Shown here: positions 22,548-35,215 of the stretch, piece after piece
Position numbering within the stretch: position 1 is the first letter of the stretch
How the letters are laid out: each line of letters opens with the position of its first letter
Source: Sphaerodactylus townsendi
Lineage: Eukaryota
Assembly (NCBI RefSeq): GCF_021028975.2
Contig: NC_059427.1
Coordinates: 121,334,001 to 121,398,000 of the forward strand
Reading direction: 5' to 3'
DNA length: 64,000 bases
Notes under the pieces: generated by a model
Databases searched by the model: none
What the model saw: only the letters and a program-made list of their open reading frames with translations
Told to the model about the DNA's origin: nothing
Program-made: the position numbers and the translations under genes

Positions 22548-23140
22548 GACCCTGGCTAGTATTTTGATGGGAGACCTCCAAGGAACACTGGGGTTATTTT
22601 ATCAACCTCACTTCACCAGCTATGAGACAAGCATTTATGCAGGCCCAGCTAAATGTCCTTCCTTCAGCTGTCACATGGGGAAGATTCTCTCAAGTCCCTT
22701 TGCAAGAAAGACTATGTAAATGTCCCCTCAAGCAAGTCGAGTTCACCAAACATGTTCTACTGCACTATATTAAACATATCAAGCAAAGGAGATCATTAAT
22801 TGATCCCCACGCAAATAGATGTTTACTCATTTCTGATTTGGATAGGATTTGGTTGCTTTTAAATGACTGCAATGTTAGATGAACTGAAAATGTGGCAAAA
22901 TTTTTAATATCTATTTCATTAAGTACATGTAAACTGAATAACTGATTTCAATACCTTTGACTTCTCCCCCCCCCCTTTTTCCCCTATGCAATTAAAGGTT
23001 ACAAACAAACAAACAAATAAAAATTTTAAAAAAACATACTGGGGTGATGCAGATGCAGGCAATAGCAAAACAGCCCTGAAAGTATCTTGCCTAAAAAAAC
23101 ACTATGGGAATGCCATAAGTCACCTGTGACTTGACAGCAG
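22548..23140 (+). mobile_element. 5S-derived SINE split by a LINE insertion
   Basis: 5S-like cctggctagtattttgatgggagacc before the insert; body and tail (ccataagtcacctgtgacttgacagca) after it. Confidence 0.55.
22594..23037 (+). mobile_element. 5'-truncated non-LTR retrotransposon 3' end (RTE-X/CR1-group-like)
   Basis: Translates GRFSQVPLQERLCKCPLKQVEFTKHVLLHY, a Cys/His C-terminal motif; (ACAA)n/A-rich tail; flanking direct repeat actgggg. Confidence 0.6.
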
Positions 23141-23776
23141 AAAAAGCTGTTGTGAAGACAAAAGGTTAGATAACATGTCCTAGGGAACCACTTTTTAAAA
23201 ATGCTGAGGTTTTAATACTGAAAAATCCAAGAGCAGATCTTTGGATTGTGATTGAATCTAGCCACCCTCTCTACTGATATATGCATGCCTTTTTGTATTC
23301 CAAATGGTGCCATTAGACTGTTGTTTATATCATTTACTTACTTCATTACTGAAGGCAAGGTGGTGTGGCAGAGATCAGGGGTTATTGTGAGGATGAGAGT
23401 ACAACAGGCAGTAGTGTAAGATGCCTGATAAACAGCTTTACTGGAGATTGGGATGTGTGTGTCTTAAGGAATCTACTGGAAGAGACGCCTTTTCAGGCAT
23501 TGCAGAAAACACATAATTAACAATGCAGGAGTGGGCAAATAACTTACTAATGTGATTGTGGATAATGAGAAGGGCCCATGACACAAAGGTGAAGGTTGAA
23601 AGATGGAGAAGACGAAGAGCTTGAAAAGAGATCACTGCCTCTTGGGTTAGTGGGAACTAATTGGGAATAGTGTGGTATAAAAATAGCTATTTTCACTCTT
23701 GAGCTTGGCCATTTGATTGAACCCCAGATTATTTCATTCTTCCTCTTGGAATGATGCCTTGTTTCATTGCCCTGCA

Positions 23777-23905
23777 GCTGTCTGTGTGTAAAGTGCCATC
23801 AAGTTGCTTCCGACTCACAACAACCCTATGAATCGCTGTCCTCCAAAACATCCTATTATTAACCATCTTGCAAACTGAGGGCTGTGACTTCCTTCATAGT
23901 GTCTG
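23777..23905 (-). mobile_element. RTE-like LINE 3' end
   Basis: Reverse strand catagggttgttgtgagtcggaagcaacttgatggcactttacacac. Confidence 0.55.
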
Positions 23906-24408
23906 CCTGCAGCATGAGCATGTCATGGTCAGGGAATTCTGATGAGTGAGCAGTGTGTTTGACTATTTGTCAATTCATTGTTAAGCTGGGCAATAAGCAT
24001 TTGGGGCTGGAATAGAACAGGGTGGGCAGGTAAGCCTGGATGTTTTCATGCAGAACAAAGATATCTTTCTCCCTCCCTCCTCTATACAAAAAAACCCTAA
24101 TGTGAACAGAATGAATGAAACACTGAGAAGTCTTGAATCAGAAGGATCTAAAGGGGAGGAAGATGGGAGTTATAGCTTCTGGCTGAAGAGATTTCCAACT
24201 TCGTGTTAGTTTTCAGGGACTCCATTATGTTGCTATCCCTCCCATATGTTTGGCACTTCTGTTTCCTGCACCATAGCAAGCCAGAGTTTCTGACATCTAG
24301 TCCAAACTCCTTTTTTGTCTCAATAACCTATGTCTGATCTCTTCTGTCTCCACAGTTTGCCGCTGTGTGCTGCTTCCCTGACCTAGCACCACTGAAACAG
24401 AGCAAGAA

Positions 24409-24490
24409 ATGGGAGACACAGGCAAAGAAGAGTATAAAATACACTCATTTGATGTAGAGAGTCAGCAGTTATTGAAAACAGCCTTCAAAG
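24409..24490 (+). CDS. MIF4GD: MIF4G domain-containing protein (SLIP1), first coding exon (82 nt; exon begins 24356)
   Basis: MGDTGKEEYKIHSFDVESQQLLKTAFK; acceptor cacag ending 24355; donor gttggc. Confidence 0.93.
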
Positions 24491-25842
24491 GTTGGCACCT
24501 CTGTCTTTCTCTCTGGCATTTTTCCCTCCACAAATCAACATGATTAATTTTGTTGAAAAATGGATGAAATCTGGAATTTTAGAGACCTATTACCATTAGC
24601 CATTTTAACTAGTTTAAAACTGGTTCTCATTTTCTCCCCTTCCATCTCAAAAGAAAATAACAACTCTGGAAATTCTGTTTTCCTGATGTTTCTAAAAATA
24701 CTGTTTGGATTCCAGACCACTCTATATGACTGCAGTTCCCAAACTTGCCCAGTTTGAAACAGAATTACACTTGTATTGTAGGTATAATGTAGGTCAATCA
24801 TGGAATAGCTTTCAACATGTCACTATATCTTGACCTCAGATTTCTCCCATCATTACAAATGAATAATTACTGGTCTTCGCTGCAGGAACACTGTCATGAG
24901 AAAAGATTTGTTGGAGCAATCCATGGACAGTCCATAAACTAAGCAGCTAGCAAAAATTAAGGAATCCAGAAATAAAGGACATATTAGCTGAACTATTTTA
25001 GACATTCAAAAATATGCCTGTGGCCCATTATGCATGGAAGGCTTACCTTGTGGCTCTTCATTGTGCAGTGGACTTGTAATGGGGTCTCCTTGCCTTTGTC
25101 TGTTAACACACGAGGAGGCAGAACACAGCCTGCAGCACAGTTTGTCTGCTGAACATTGCCAGCTCTCAGTTTCTAGTTCTCTTAGCTCTACTCTGCCCAT
25201 TGAATCAGCCTTAAAGGCACAGACCTTTCCCCTCTCCACACACCAACATACACTCATTCTCTCTCTCTCTCTCTTCCTGCCACTTCTGCTGTGGCAGGGA
25301 ACAGAGAGGCTTGTTTTAAAAGAAAGGCTGGTTTGAAATACATTTCTAAAGCCCTCCCGATTATCGGGGAGGGTGGAAGTAGAGCGGGGGATGTGTGGTG
25401 GAGCCAAAAACAGATCCTCCTTGGACTACTCCTTGGAAAAGTCCCCTCTGTTATTATTATATCAAAATCTCGATATAAGCAGGAAGGAGCTGGCAATATG
25501 AAAGTGGGGAAATGAGGGGAAAATCATGGCTAACAGGGTGAAGCTAGGCAGGCTGGCTGTGAGCAGAGGGAAGATGTCCGGGGCAAAGCTGTGCTCACTG
25601 GCAAATCTGTCATGCTCTGGCAGCAAAGCAAGTTAAAGTTGTGCTAGAAGTGGTCTTGCTTACCACAGAGAGAATGGAAAGTGAAAGCAGGGCTCCAGGA
25701 AATACATCTATACAGGAAATGTTGCTGCAATGGACATTTGCCCCCATCATGCAACAGATACATTGTGCATAATTGGCCAGTGTGTATTTTTCCTAGTTAC
25801 TATTTACAGTTACTGTTAACAATGTTGTATCTTCTTATGTAG

Positions 25843-25952
25843 ACCCCAGCAGTGTAGACTTGGAGAAAGTGGCCAATGTAATTGTGGATCAGTCCCTCGA
25901 AGACTATGTGTTCAGCAAAGAGGCCGGGCGTATCTGCTATACCATCATTCAG
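25843..25952 (+). CDS. MIF4GD: MIF4GD coding exon 2 (110 nt)
   Basis: DPSSVDLEKVANVIVDQSLEDYVFSKEAGRICYTIIQ; tag acceptor and gtgaga donor. Confidence 0.95.
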
Positions 25953-27476
25953 GTGAGAAATTGAAAATCCATGTTTCACATGATTTATTCATTCATTTAT
26001 ATTATAAAGACTTATAGAACATGCTGCTTAAAGCCATTTGTGTGCAACATTACAAGTAGAATTGGCAGTTTGTTCTGCAGTGTCAACCATATGCCACGAT
26101 CCAATTTGCACATACTGAACACCACTTTAATGAATGTGGCTGTCTATGATAAAAAAATAAATCGCATCTCAACATGAGACTTCAAGTCAGTGAAACTAGT
26201 ACTGCTAGTCCGAAATGTGCAAAGAAGTGTATGCAGATTTTAAAAAATTGGAAAAATAGGATTGGAAAGCATAAGATTTGGAAACAAAAGTAAGCCCCTT
26301 TCTATTTGCTTTCTTGTTATAGGGTCTTTCCCAGAAGATGCCATCATGTTTTCAAAATTATTTTCATTCATATGAACACTGTGAAATAAGTTTCTCGTTA
26401 TCTTAACTTTTCTGAAATCATTTATTTCAAAAATTCCCTTTTCCTTTGTTTCTTTGCTTTGAATAATTATACCTGACCTTTCTCCCAAAGTGGTTTATAT
26501 CATTCTCCCCTCCTCCAGTATTATCTTCACAAAAACCCTGTGAAGTAGGTTATGCTGAGAATACGGCCCAGGGCAGAGGCATATGTGGGGGAATGGCACC
26601 CGGAGACAAATTGTTTCAGGGTGCCCCCCCCCCCCCCACGCCTGGGGGCAGGGCTCCACTCTCACCCCCAAGTTGCACCCCCAGACTCCCAGGAGCTGGC
26701 AGCCCGGCTTCTGCCGTTCCCTCTGGGGAGAGCAGAAGAGACTGCAGTCCTCTGTCCTCCGAGAGGTGCTTTTATAAACACTGAAGTTGGGGACGGGGCT
26801 CAGGGGGTGGCGCGGAGTGCCTCCACAGCTCAAGTGGCAGAGCAAGGAATCAAACCCAGTTCTCCAGATTAGAGTGCACCTGCTCTTAACCACTACGTCA
26901 CACAGAAAGGAGCCTGTAGGTTGCATTAAAGAAGTTCTGGATGTGCATGCTGTTCATTTTGGCATTACCTCCAGCCATGATTCCTTTCCTGCAGATGGAG
27001 CTTGGTAATGGCATGCCCTGCTGACCTTTCTGGGTATCCAGCCCAACTTAGAGGATAGAAGGGGAATCTATCCCTCCAACAACAGCCCAGACTTGGTGAG
27101 CAAAACACATTCATGGCCCATTGTCAGTTTTGCCTCCCTGCAAACTTTATGCCCCTATAGGCTCCTGCATCATTTTTCTGTACAGTGATGGGGTTTGAAT
27201 ATTGAGAGATATGCACAGCTAGATGTACACATTTATTTACTTTATTTATATCCTACCTTTCTCCCCAACGGGAATTCAAAGCCGCTTATATCATTCTTCT
27301 TTCCCCTATGTTATCCTCACAACAACCCTGTGAAGTAGGTTAGGTGAAGTGTGTATGACTGGCCCAGGGTCACTCAGCAAGAATGGAGATTTGAACCTTG
27401 CCCCTCAATCCTATTCTGAAACTCTGCTCCTTGTACCACAATGCCTTTCCACCTGGGATCCACACCTTTGTTACAG

Positions 27477-27632
27477 GCAGAAAGCAAGCAGACTGGCCAG
27501 AGTATCTTCCGGCGAAGCCTTCTCAACCGACTTCAGCAGGAATACAAAGACCGTGACGAACTGCGAGGCCGTTCCCTCCAGGCCTGGGTCTGCTATGTCA
27601 CCTTCATCTGTAACATCTTTGATTACTTGAAG
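27477..27632 (+). CDS. MIF4GD: MIF4GD coding exon 3 (156 nt)
   Basis: AESKQTGQSIFRRSLLNRLQQEYKDRDELRGRSLQAWVCYVTFICNIFDYLK; cag acceptor and gtaaga donor. Confidence 0.96.
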
Positions 27633-28094
27633 GTAAGAAGACCCTGGTGAGAGGATGACCCTCTTCTTTGAAGTCACTAATCCAAATGTGTAAATTCTTT
27701 GTTGGCCTCTTCAAGTGTTCATGAGGGAATATGTGAATTGGAATCTGCCTCTCCCTTGAATGCTGGAGAAAGGAGCAGCCTTTCTTAAAGCAGCAGCCAG
27801 GATAGGCCAAGAGGACTTATAGGGCTGGTTAACCTGGCTAATTCCTGCCCTTTAAAGTGGCACTGTGTCGTTTTAATTGGGAGCAGTTACCTTTTGTCTA
27901 CTAAAGGACAGCAGCTGCTGCCAGGGAAAACACTACACTATATCTTGAAAACAAAACTAAAGGCAGCGCCTGTTGAAGGTGAGAAATGAATGAGATGTTC
28001 CAGGTGGGGTGGGGGGGATCTGTTACCTACGTAGAGTGCTGCATCCAGTTCAGTAGGCTTGAAACTCATGTCTCAGTATTTTGGTTATGCCCTA

Positions 28095-28377
28095 GAAGAA
28101 GAAGAATTTGGATTTGTATCCAACTTTTCTGAATCGTAAGGACTCTCAAAGCAGCTTGCAGACTCCTTCCTTTCCTCTCCCCACAACAGGGACCTGGTGA
28201 GGCTGAGAGAGCTTGGAGAGAACTGTGACTAGCCCAAGGTCACCCAGCAGGCTTCATGTGGAGGAACAGGGAAACAAATCCAGTTCATGAGTCTGCTGCC
28301 CATGTGTAGGAGTGGGGAACCAAATCCAGTTCTCCAGATTAGAGTCCACCACTCTTAACCACTACACCACGCTGGCT
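28095..28377 (-). mobile_element. tRNA-derived squamate SINE (Squam3-like)
   Basis: Reverse copy of the 13206 family with a GAA-repeat end. Confidence 0.8.
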
Positions 28378-28720
28378 ATTTAACTTTAAAGATGCCGCAG
28401 AATTCTTTAGTGTTCTTCTTGCAACCTATTTAGCCTTGCTACGCTCTTGAGCATTTTAAATTATTATCTTGTATTTAGAAAACTTTTATGCTGCCTCTTC
28501 AGGAACCTACTGGATGTGGTTTACAGAATAAAAAAATAATTAAGACAAAACATTAAGTGAAAACTCTAAGCCCAGCATAAATATATATGCCCTAAAAACA
28601 GATCACAAACAGCTTAAAATAAATCTGGGGGAGAGGAGGGAGGGAGTGCAAAAATGATGTGTCTTCAAAAACTCAGTTATTCTTCCAACATCACTTAACA
28701 AATACGCTGCCCCCTAACAG

Positions 28721-28813
28721 GTAAACAACATGCCAATGATGGCGTTGGTGAACCCAGTTTATGATTGCTTGTTCCGACTGGCCCAGCCTGACAGCTTGCA
28801 GAAGGAAGAAGAG
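28721..28813 (+). CDS. MIF4GD: MIF4GD coding exon 4 (93 nt)
   Basis: VNNMPMMALVNPVYDCLFRLAQPDSLQKEEE; cag acceptor and gtgagt donor. Confidence 0.95.
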
Positions 28814-29057
28814 GTGAGTGTCCAGGGACACAGCAGGAAAAGCCATCTTCGGCTTGCCTGCACTCCAGTTGTTCTGCTTTGGGGCTAGAAAATCTACACC
28901 AATCAGTTTGCATATTTGCAGGAGGAAGACAGGGGACCTACTCTTTCCTTTCCTTGTTTGTCTGGTTTTGTTCTAATATCCAGCCTGGGAACAGGAGGAA
29001 TATCATTCAGTAGCTGCACCTTGACAGACCACATTCTTTTCTCTTCCTTCTGTTAAG

Positions 29058-29285
29058 GTGGACTGCCTGGTGCTGCAGCTGCACCGCATCGGGGAGCAGC
29101 TTGAGAAGATGAACTCCCAGAGGATGGATGAGCTCTTTTCCCTCCTAAGAGATGGCTTCCTGCTGCAGGAGGGGCTCAGCTCCCTTTCCCAGCTGCTTCT
29201 GCTGGAAATCATTGAGTTCCGGGCTGCCGAATGGAAAATGACAGACGCAGCCCAGAAATACTATTACAGCGAAGTCACAGATTGA
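29058..29285 (+). CDS. MIF4GD: MIF4GD last coding exon with stop (228 nt)
   Basis: VDCLVLQLHRIGEQLEKMNSQRMDELF...KYYYSEVTD stop; spliced CDS 669 nt = 222 aa. Confidence 0.96.
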   Translation: MDCLVLQLHRIGEQLEKMNSQRMDELFSLLRDGFLLQEGLSSLSQLLLLEIIEFRAAEWKMTDAAQKYYYSEVTD

Positions 29286-30024
29286 GCAGGCTGTCGCTAT
29301 CATCTGCTCAGGCTACCCAGAGGCAGGATTTGAATTCCTACTCTGACTTCCTTTCACCAGCAAACTTCAAACCAAACAAACGCTGCAACTATTTTTGTTA
29401 ACTTTTCTTCCCCTAGCACTTTTTGTACATAGGATGTATCATGCGCTTGCATAATAGTCCCTTTATTCTGGGTAACTAGTGGCTGAAATTGGGGAGAGGG
29501 GGGTGCAGCCTGATTTAGGAGGAAAGGATATAATTTCAGAACTGCTGTCTGGCATGGCCTTGCACTAAATAGCGACCTGTCAGTCACAAACTGAGCTGGC
29601 CTTTTCTTTGTAGAATTGCTGCCTCCTGAAAACTTGCTTGCAGATGCTGATTGGAATGTGTGCAAGGCAGTGGTTTAAACCTTGGCAGAGAATAATTCTA
29701 TGGACATTAGAAACCCTCTTCAGCCTCTTCTTGGTGAATTATTCTTTTAATAGTGTTGATAGCTGATCTTCATTTACCTTTTGGTTGAGAAGGGGAAAAA
29801 ACTAGCAGATAATTTTAGCTTCCTTTTGAGCCATTTGCTTCTTGGGTGTAGATTGTCATTATGAGACAGGAATGACATCTAGGCAATTTTACCTCTGCTC
29901 TGAGTTTGGTCCAAGTCCCAATTTCCTTTCTACCATCCACTAACAGCAGCTAGTTGCATCACACTTCCTATTGCTGGTTTGTTAATGGAAAACGTGCAGC
30001 TTTTCCAGCAAATTGTCACTTCTA

Positions 30025-30203
30025 GGCGCCTTCCGCACACACAGAATAATGCATGTTCAATCCACTTTCAGTGTACTTTGAATTCAGTGTACTGCATTTG
30101 AATTCAGTGCACTGGATTTTACCGTGCAGAATAGCAAAATCCACTTTCAAACAACTGTGCAAGTGGATTGAATGTGCACTACGTTGCATGTGGAGTAGGG
30201 GCC
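30025..30203. mobile_element. Harbinger-type MITE in the probable MIF4GD 3' UTR
   Basis: TIRs ggcgccttccgcac / gtggagtaggggcc; TSD cta/cta. Confidence 0.8.
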
Positions 30204-31259
30204 CTATTGAGCAAACAGGTGGAACTAGCAATGATTAAATATACCAGCATCACTGCCATAAATTAAATGCAGATAGTAGGGTGTGCCATCCCTTTGTTTT
30301 GCATCCTGAAAATAAGATGTTTGAAAGCTGAGATTCTGCTTAGAGCCAACTCATTCAGAACGTAGAGGCACGGAACTGAACCATTTCAAACTGCAGGGAT
30401 GCATGTGTGCCTACCAGAGTGCTCCTCCAAACTGTCCCTGATAATAGAAAACTAGCGTAGCCATGCAAGAAGGCAAGGCTCATCACACTGCCATGCTAAT
30501 TTTATCCAGGCAGGGCTTTTTTCTAAAAAAAGAAGGAATATGCCATCACGTCATCTTTTGTGGTCAGTCCGCAGTCACATTTTAGGAGCGGGTAAACCTT
30601 GCAGTATTTCTGAACATAAATAGTGTAATCAAACGACGCACTTGATGATGAGTTCCATGTATTCAGTTCCCAGCTTTCCCACCCCCACCCCTCTTCAAAA
30701 AATCTCAGGTAGGGGAGAACCTGATTCTGTTGGGATAGAGGGAATTAAACTTCCCCCTGCATTGTTTCCCCCAATGGCCTCAGGGAGCCACTAATTTGCC
30801 CTGATGCTACTTTTAGCAGCCTCCCTGTCTGATTTTTTTAGTGATCAAGGGACACACCTCATGACTGAACTGTTGCTTACACTGGCAGAGCACAAGGTGT
30901 GTAACAGAAGCTGCTATCAGGCCGTTGCATCTACAAGTAGTGCTCAGTGTTTCCGGGAACAGCACATTGTCTATGGCCCTGGAGAATACAGCAGCACCTT
31001 TTTAAAAAGCAGGATGAGCAAACTGACTCTTCCGTAGCTGCAGGAGGGTGCTAAAACAAATGCCTTCAACCTGCAACTAATTCTGTGCCTCAACCCCTTT
31101 TCCCTACTTCTGGCCCGCTTGGGTGTAGCAAGCCAGAAAGGCAGTGCCTTTCCCCCCTAGGAGCTGGAACGCCCTCAGGCTGCTCCAAAGCCTCACCGTT
31201 CAGCAGGCTTAACCCTTTGAGAACATAAGAGCTTGGACCTCATTTTGTCACATTTGTAC

Positions 31260-31265
31260 AATAAA
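31260..31265 (+). terminator. MIF4GD: Probable MIF4GD polyadenylation signal
   Basis: AATAAA preceded by TGTA and followed by GT/T-rich sequence; further AATAAA near 31350 and 31553. Confidence 0.55.
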
Positions 31266-31788
31266 TACTTTGAACTACAGTATTGTGAATTTCTTTTAGA
31301 ACCTCCTGAATTTCTTTTAAGAAGGCTGGTTTGCTTTGGCAATTTTTAAAATAAATAAACGTCTCGTACTTCTGCATGCTCTCTCTCTTTCCCACTCATT
31401 GAGGTCTCCTGATTAAAAGAGGGCCTTGTGACAGGATCACAATTATTGGCCAATGATAAACATTTCCTCCCTATGACTAAGCTGATTTCTCCCCTCTCCT
31501 TTTAGCCCACAAAGCAGTAGCAAATCCACGAAGGTCAGCATGCTAGAGTAACAATAAAAAGTTACCTATGAGATTTTGTGGCTTTACTTGCAAGGCTGTT
31601 TTATAGTCTGTATAGAGACCATTCTTTGGAGAGAAGCAGCAGGCACAACATTCAGCAAGAGAAATTTATTTATACAGTATGATAATTTATATAACTCTTC
31701 CAGTGTATTGCTGTCTTGCTCAAACTGGTTTACACAACAGGTCATGCTTGCCCGCATTTTACAGATAACAAAGCTGAACTAAGAAATT

Positions 31789-32223
31789 AGGTAAAAGGGT
31801 AAAGGGCTGTGTAAGCACAGGGTCATTAGTGACCCATGAAGTGATGTCATATCACAACATTTACTAGGCAGACTGTTTAGAGCATAGGTGTCAAACTCGC
31901 GGCCCTCCAGATGTTATAGACTACAGTTCCCATCATCCCCTGCCAGCATGATGCTGGCAGGGGATGATGGGAACCATAGTCCATAACATCTGAAGGGCCG
32001 CAAGTTTTACACCTATGGTTTAGAGGATGCCATTACCTTCCCCAGTCATCTACACTTTACCCCCCAGGACTCTGGGTACTCACTTTACTGACCTCCGAAG
32101 AATGGGAGGCTGAGTCAACCTTGAATCGGCTACCTGAACCCAATTTCCACTGGGATCGAACTGAGGTCATGAGCAGACCTTCATCTGCAGGACTGCAGCT
32201 TACCACCTTGTGCCACAGGGCTC
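31789..32223 (-). mobile_element. Sauria-type SINE interrupted by a hAT MITE
   Basis: Reverse (ACCTTT)n-like tail ggtaaaagggtaaag; ggctgagtcaaccttga core; tRNA-like head. Confidence 0.7.
31883..32017. mobile_element. Palindromic hAT MITE
   Basis: CATAGGTGTCAAAC...GTTTTACACCTATG; perfect 8-bp TSD GTTTAGAG. Confidence 0.9.
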
Positions 32224-32519
32224 CCTACCTAAGAAATTACTTCACTAACCAGCCATTGCATAGCAGACATGCCATATTAACCCCACAGATCAGTACCCAA
32301 CAGGCCACATTAGTTCTCGGCTAATACATCTTGCATGAACACATAGCTGCAGCTGGGGCTGAGGAACTTCTACTTGTGTTAGCTTTCCACAGGTGCAGTT
32401 CATAGTGGTCAGCAGCTGGATGGCTTGCAACAGCAAGTGGTGGTTGAACCCTCAAATAGTACATCAAACAGAATTTTAATTTCTGTTCACCTTATTGCAA
32501 GTACAGTACCACATACTAG

Positions 32520-32812
32520 GAAGAGGAGGAGTTTGGTTTTATATCCCCCTTTCTCTCCTGTAGGAGACTCGAAGGGGCTTACAATCTACTTTCACTTCCC
32601 CTCCCCGCCCCACAACAAATATCCTGTGAGGTAGGTGGGGCTGAGAGAGCTCCAAAGAACTGTGACTAGCCCAAGGTCATCCAGCTGGCATGTGTTGGAG
32701 TGCACAAGCTAGTCTGGTTCACCAGATTAGCCTCCACAGCTTGTGGCAGGGCGGGGAATCAAACCTGGTTCCCCAGATTAGAGTGCACCTGCTCTTAACC
32801 ACTACACCACCA
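32520..32812 (-). mobile_element. tRNA-derived squamate SINE (Squam3-like)
   Basis: Reverse copy of the 13206 family. Confidence 0.8.
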
Positions 32813-33125
32813 CATTCAACTGTCAATCATGAAGTGTAAAGCAATCAAGTGATGAAATATATACATGCATGACACATGATCCAGAAAGCCTGCTCTCATC
32901 TGGAACCAAGGGCATAAATTTGAAGGTTGAGTACCAACTTTCCCATCATTCTCTTTGAGACAGAAAGTTAGTTGCAGTCTTCTCCCTTCAAGTTCCTTTT
33001 AGGCAAGGTCACAAATTTCACTCAGTTCCTTTTACACATACATCACAGTCAAGCAACCAATAAAAAACAAAAGTAATGTAGGAAAGGAGACTATTAATCA
33101 GAGAGATCAAAATGTGGTTTCTATC

Positions 33126-33131
33126 TTTATT
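33126..33131 (-). terminator. MRPS7: Candidate MRPS7 polyadenylation signal
   Basis: AATAAA on the minus strand about 335 nt after the stop. Confidence 0.45.
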
Positions 33132-33465
33132 ATCAGTTAGTTCTTAATTTGGCTCTGCTTCTAACGAAGAATTCAGAATGAAATGTACAGCAAGTAGAAA
33201 ACAGGTGCTTGTATATCTTTGAAGTCATCTAGGAAATGAGAGTAATCAGAACTTTTACCTTGTAAGATTCAAGAAAGGAACTCCTAAAATACGAAATTTC
33301 AAAAGGTAATTTGCTCTGAGGTTTGTTAAACATCATTTGAAAAGAGTCATTTGAGAAGCATGCTCAGGCATGTGGTATGCCAAGAAATGTATCTGGATGT
33401 TCTTTGCCTTCCTTGCAGTGAAGTCTCCGTCATCCTAGAGTGTGTTTGCCAGAATGGTGCATTCT

Positions 33466-33687
33466 CTACCACCAACGAAAGTGTGCAAACGCCCGATTAG
33501 CCTCTGCCATTTTGTGCAGTTCGTGCTTTTTCTTTATTACAGGGCCTTCATTGTGGAAGGCTGCCAGCAGCTCATTGGAGAGTTTTTCAGGCAAGAGCGT
33601 CCGCCTATGTTTGTTTTCCCTGCACTCAGTGATCATCCATTTCATAGACAGAAAGCGCCGCCGGCTGTCCCTCAGGGGGGTAGGCAC
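33466..33687 (-). CDS. MRPS7: Mitochondrial ribosomal protein S7 (uS7m), last coding exon (222 nt)
   Basis: [19 protein letters not shown]...[22 protein letters not shown] stop; uS7 C-terminal signature. Confidence 0.97.
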   Translation of the reverse strand: MPTPLRDSRRRFLSMKWMITECRENKHRRTLLPEKLSNELLAAFHNEGPVIKKKHELHKMAEANRAFAHFRWW

Positions 33688-34120
33688 CTGCAGCAGACAA
33701 AGATTAAACGTACTCTGCATTAAAAACACCCTGAATCTGAGTAAAAGAAACTTGAAACAACTGGCATATGCTTATGGTGGTGTTTATTCCCTGTCCAAGA
33801 TATGAACTTCAAAGCACTGGATTCTTTTGAGCAAGAACTGTAATAGGAGAGCCAAGGTACTCATAGACTGGGAACTTAAGCTGCTGGGGCAGAGATTTCC
33901 AAAGGCAGTACTACACTGGGCATAGCCCTGCCTTCTGAGCCTTAACGAGGAACACTGCCCTTTCTCAGCCAACCCTTTATTTAGCTGCATCACAAGGTTT
34001 TCAGAACGAAAAGATGAAGCTGAGGATGGCTCAAGTGCATGTACAGTATTACTTCTGTACATAAATGAGAGGCTTAGCTCTCTGAAGAGGTCTCCATACA
34101 TCTTCCAAGTAACTTAAAGC

Positions 34121-34559
34121 NNNNNNNNNNNNNNNNNNNNNNNNNNNNNNNNNNNNNNNNNNNNNNNNNNNNNNNNNNNNNNNNNNNNNNNNNNNNNNNN
34201 NNNNNNNNNNNNNNNNNNNNNNNNNNNNNNNNNNNNNNNNNNNNNNNNNNNNNNNNNNNNNNNNNNNNNNNNNNNNNNNNNNNNNNNNNNNNNNNNNNNN
34301 NNNNNNNNNNNNNNNNNNNNNNNNNNNNNNNNNNNNNNNNNNNNNNNNNNNNNNNNNNNNNNNNNNNNNNNNNNNNNNNNNNNNNNNNNNNNNNNNNNNN
34401 NNNNNNNNNNNNNNNNNNNNNNNNNNNNNNNNNNNNNNNNNNNNNNNNNNNNNNNNNNNNNNNNNNNNNNNNNNNNNNNNNNNNNNNNNNNNNNNNNNNN
34501 NNNNNNNNNNNNNNNNNNNNNNNNNNNNNNNNNNNNNNNNNNNNNNNNNNNNNNNNNNN
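34121..34559. other. Assembly gap (N run) in MRPS7 intron 4
   Basis: Run of N. Confidence 1.
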
Positions 34560-34572
34560 GCTGATGACTTAC

Positions 34573-34740
34573 CTGGTAGGATCGACCACCTTTCTGCATA
34601 TTCACCAACCCAATAATAGGTTCACAGTTTTTCAGTGCCTGATGGAAGATAGTGTAAGGGTTGCACTCAATGTTTTCTCTCTCCGTCTCATTGGCTTTAT
34701 AGTACTTCTCGAGTTGCTTCCTCTTAATGGCTTCTAAAGT
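34573..34740 (-). CDS. MRPS7: MRPS7 coding exon 4 (168 nt)
   Basis: [16 protein letters not shown]...[32 protein letters not shown]; cag acceptor and gtaagt donor. Confidence 0.96.
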
Positions 34741-35144
34741 CTGAATTGCAAACAATAGATAAGTGGGGTCCTCTGCTCCTTCTCTGAAAGATTCTCTAAG
34801 CAACAGCATTTTATCTGCCCCATGAATGAAGAAAGCATTACCCATACACATCTCCCAAGTATCTCTAGGCAGAGAGTGCAATTTCTTCAATAAGATGATG
34901 CAGGGTCCCCAACTGTTGAGTTTCCTTTCTAGCTACTGGAAGCTGGACCCTGATTCATTCATGTCACAGGAGCGAGACAAGACAGAGAATTCAACTTTCA
35001 AAACAATCTCAGTGGCCATAAAAGTCTTTTTTTAAAAGAGAGAAACTGGGGAATTCCTCAGAACTTGCTCAGAATTTAATGCAGAAAGCAGGGGTATACA
35101 ATTGGATGTGTGACTTCAAATATATGCAACTACCTATGTACAAG

Positions 35145-35215
35145 CATAGAATCATAGAGCAGGAAGAGACCCCAAGGGCCATCAAGTCCAATCCCATGCA
35201 ATGCAGGAAGACATA
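35145..35215 (-). mobile_element. CR1 3' end fragment
   Basis: catagaatcatagag...cccaagggccatcaagtccaatccc. Confidence 0.7.

Noticed and set aside
23939-23946. CTGATGAG hammerhead-like octamer
   Set aside because: No downstream helix II or GAAA
28690-28720. TCACTTAAC as a U12-type branch site
   Set aside because: The intron donor is GTAAGA (U2 type), not RTATCCTT
34114-34890. 258-aa ORF
   Set aside because: Inflated by the N gap; only 34573-34740 is a real MRPS7 exon
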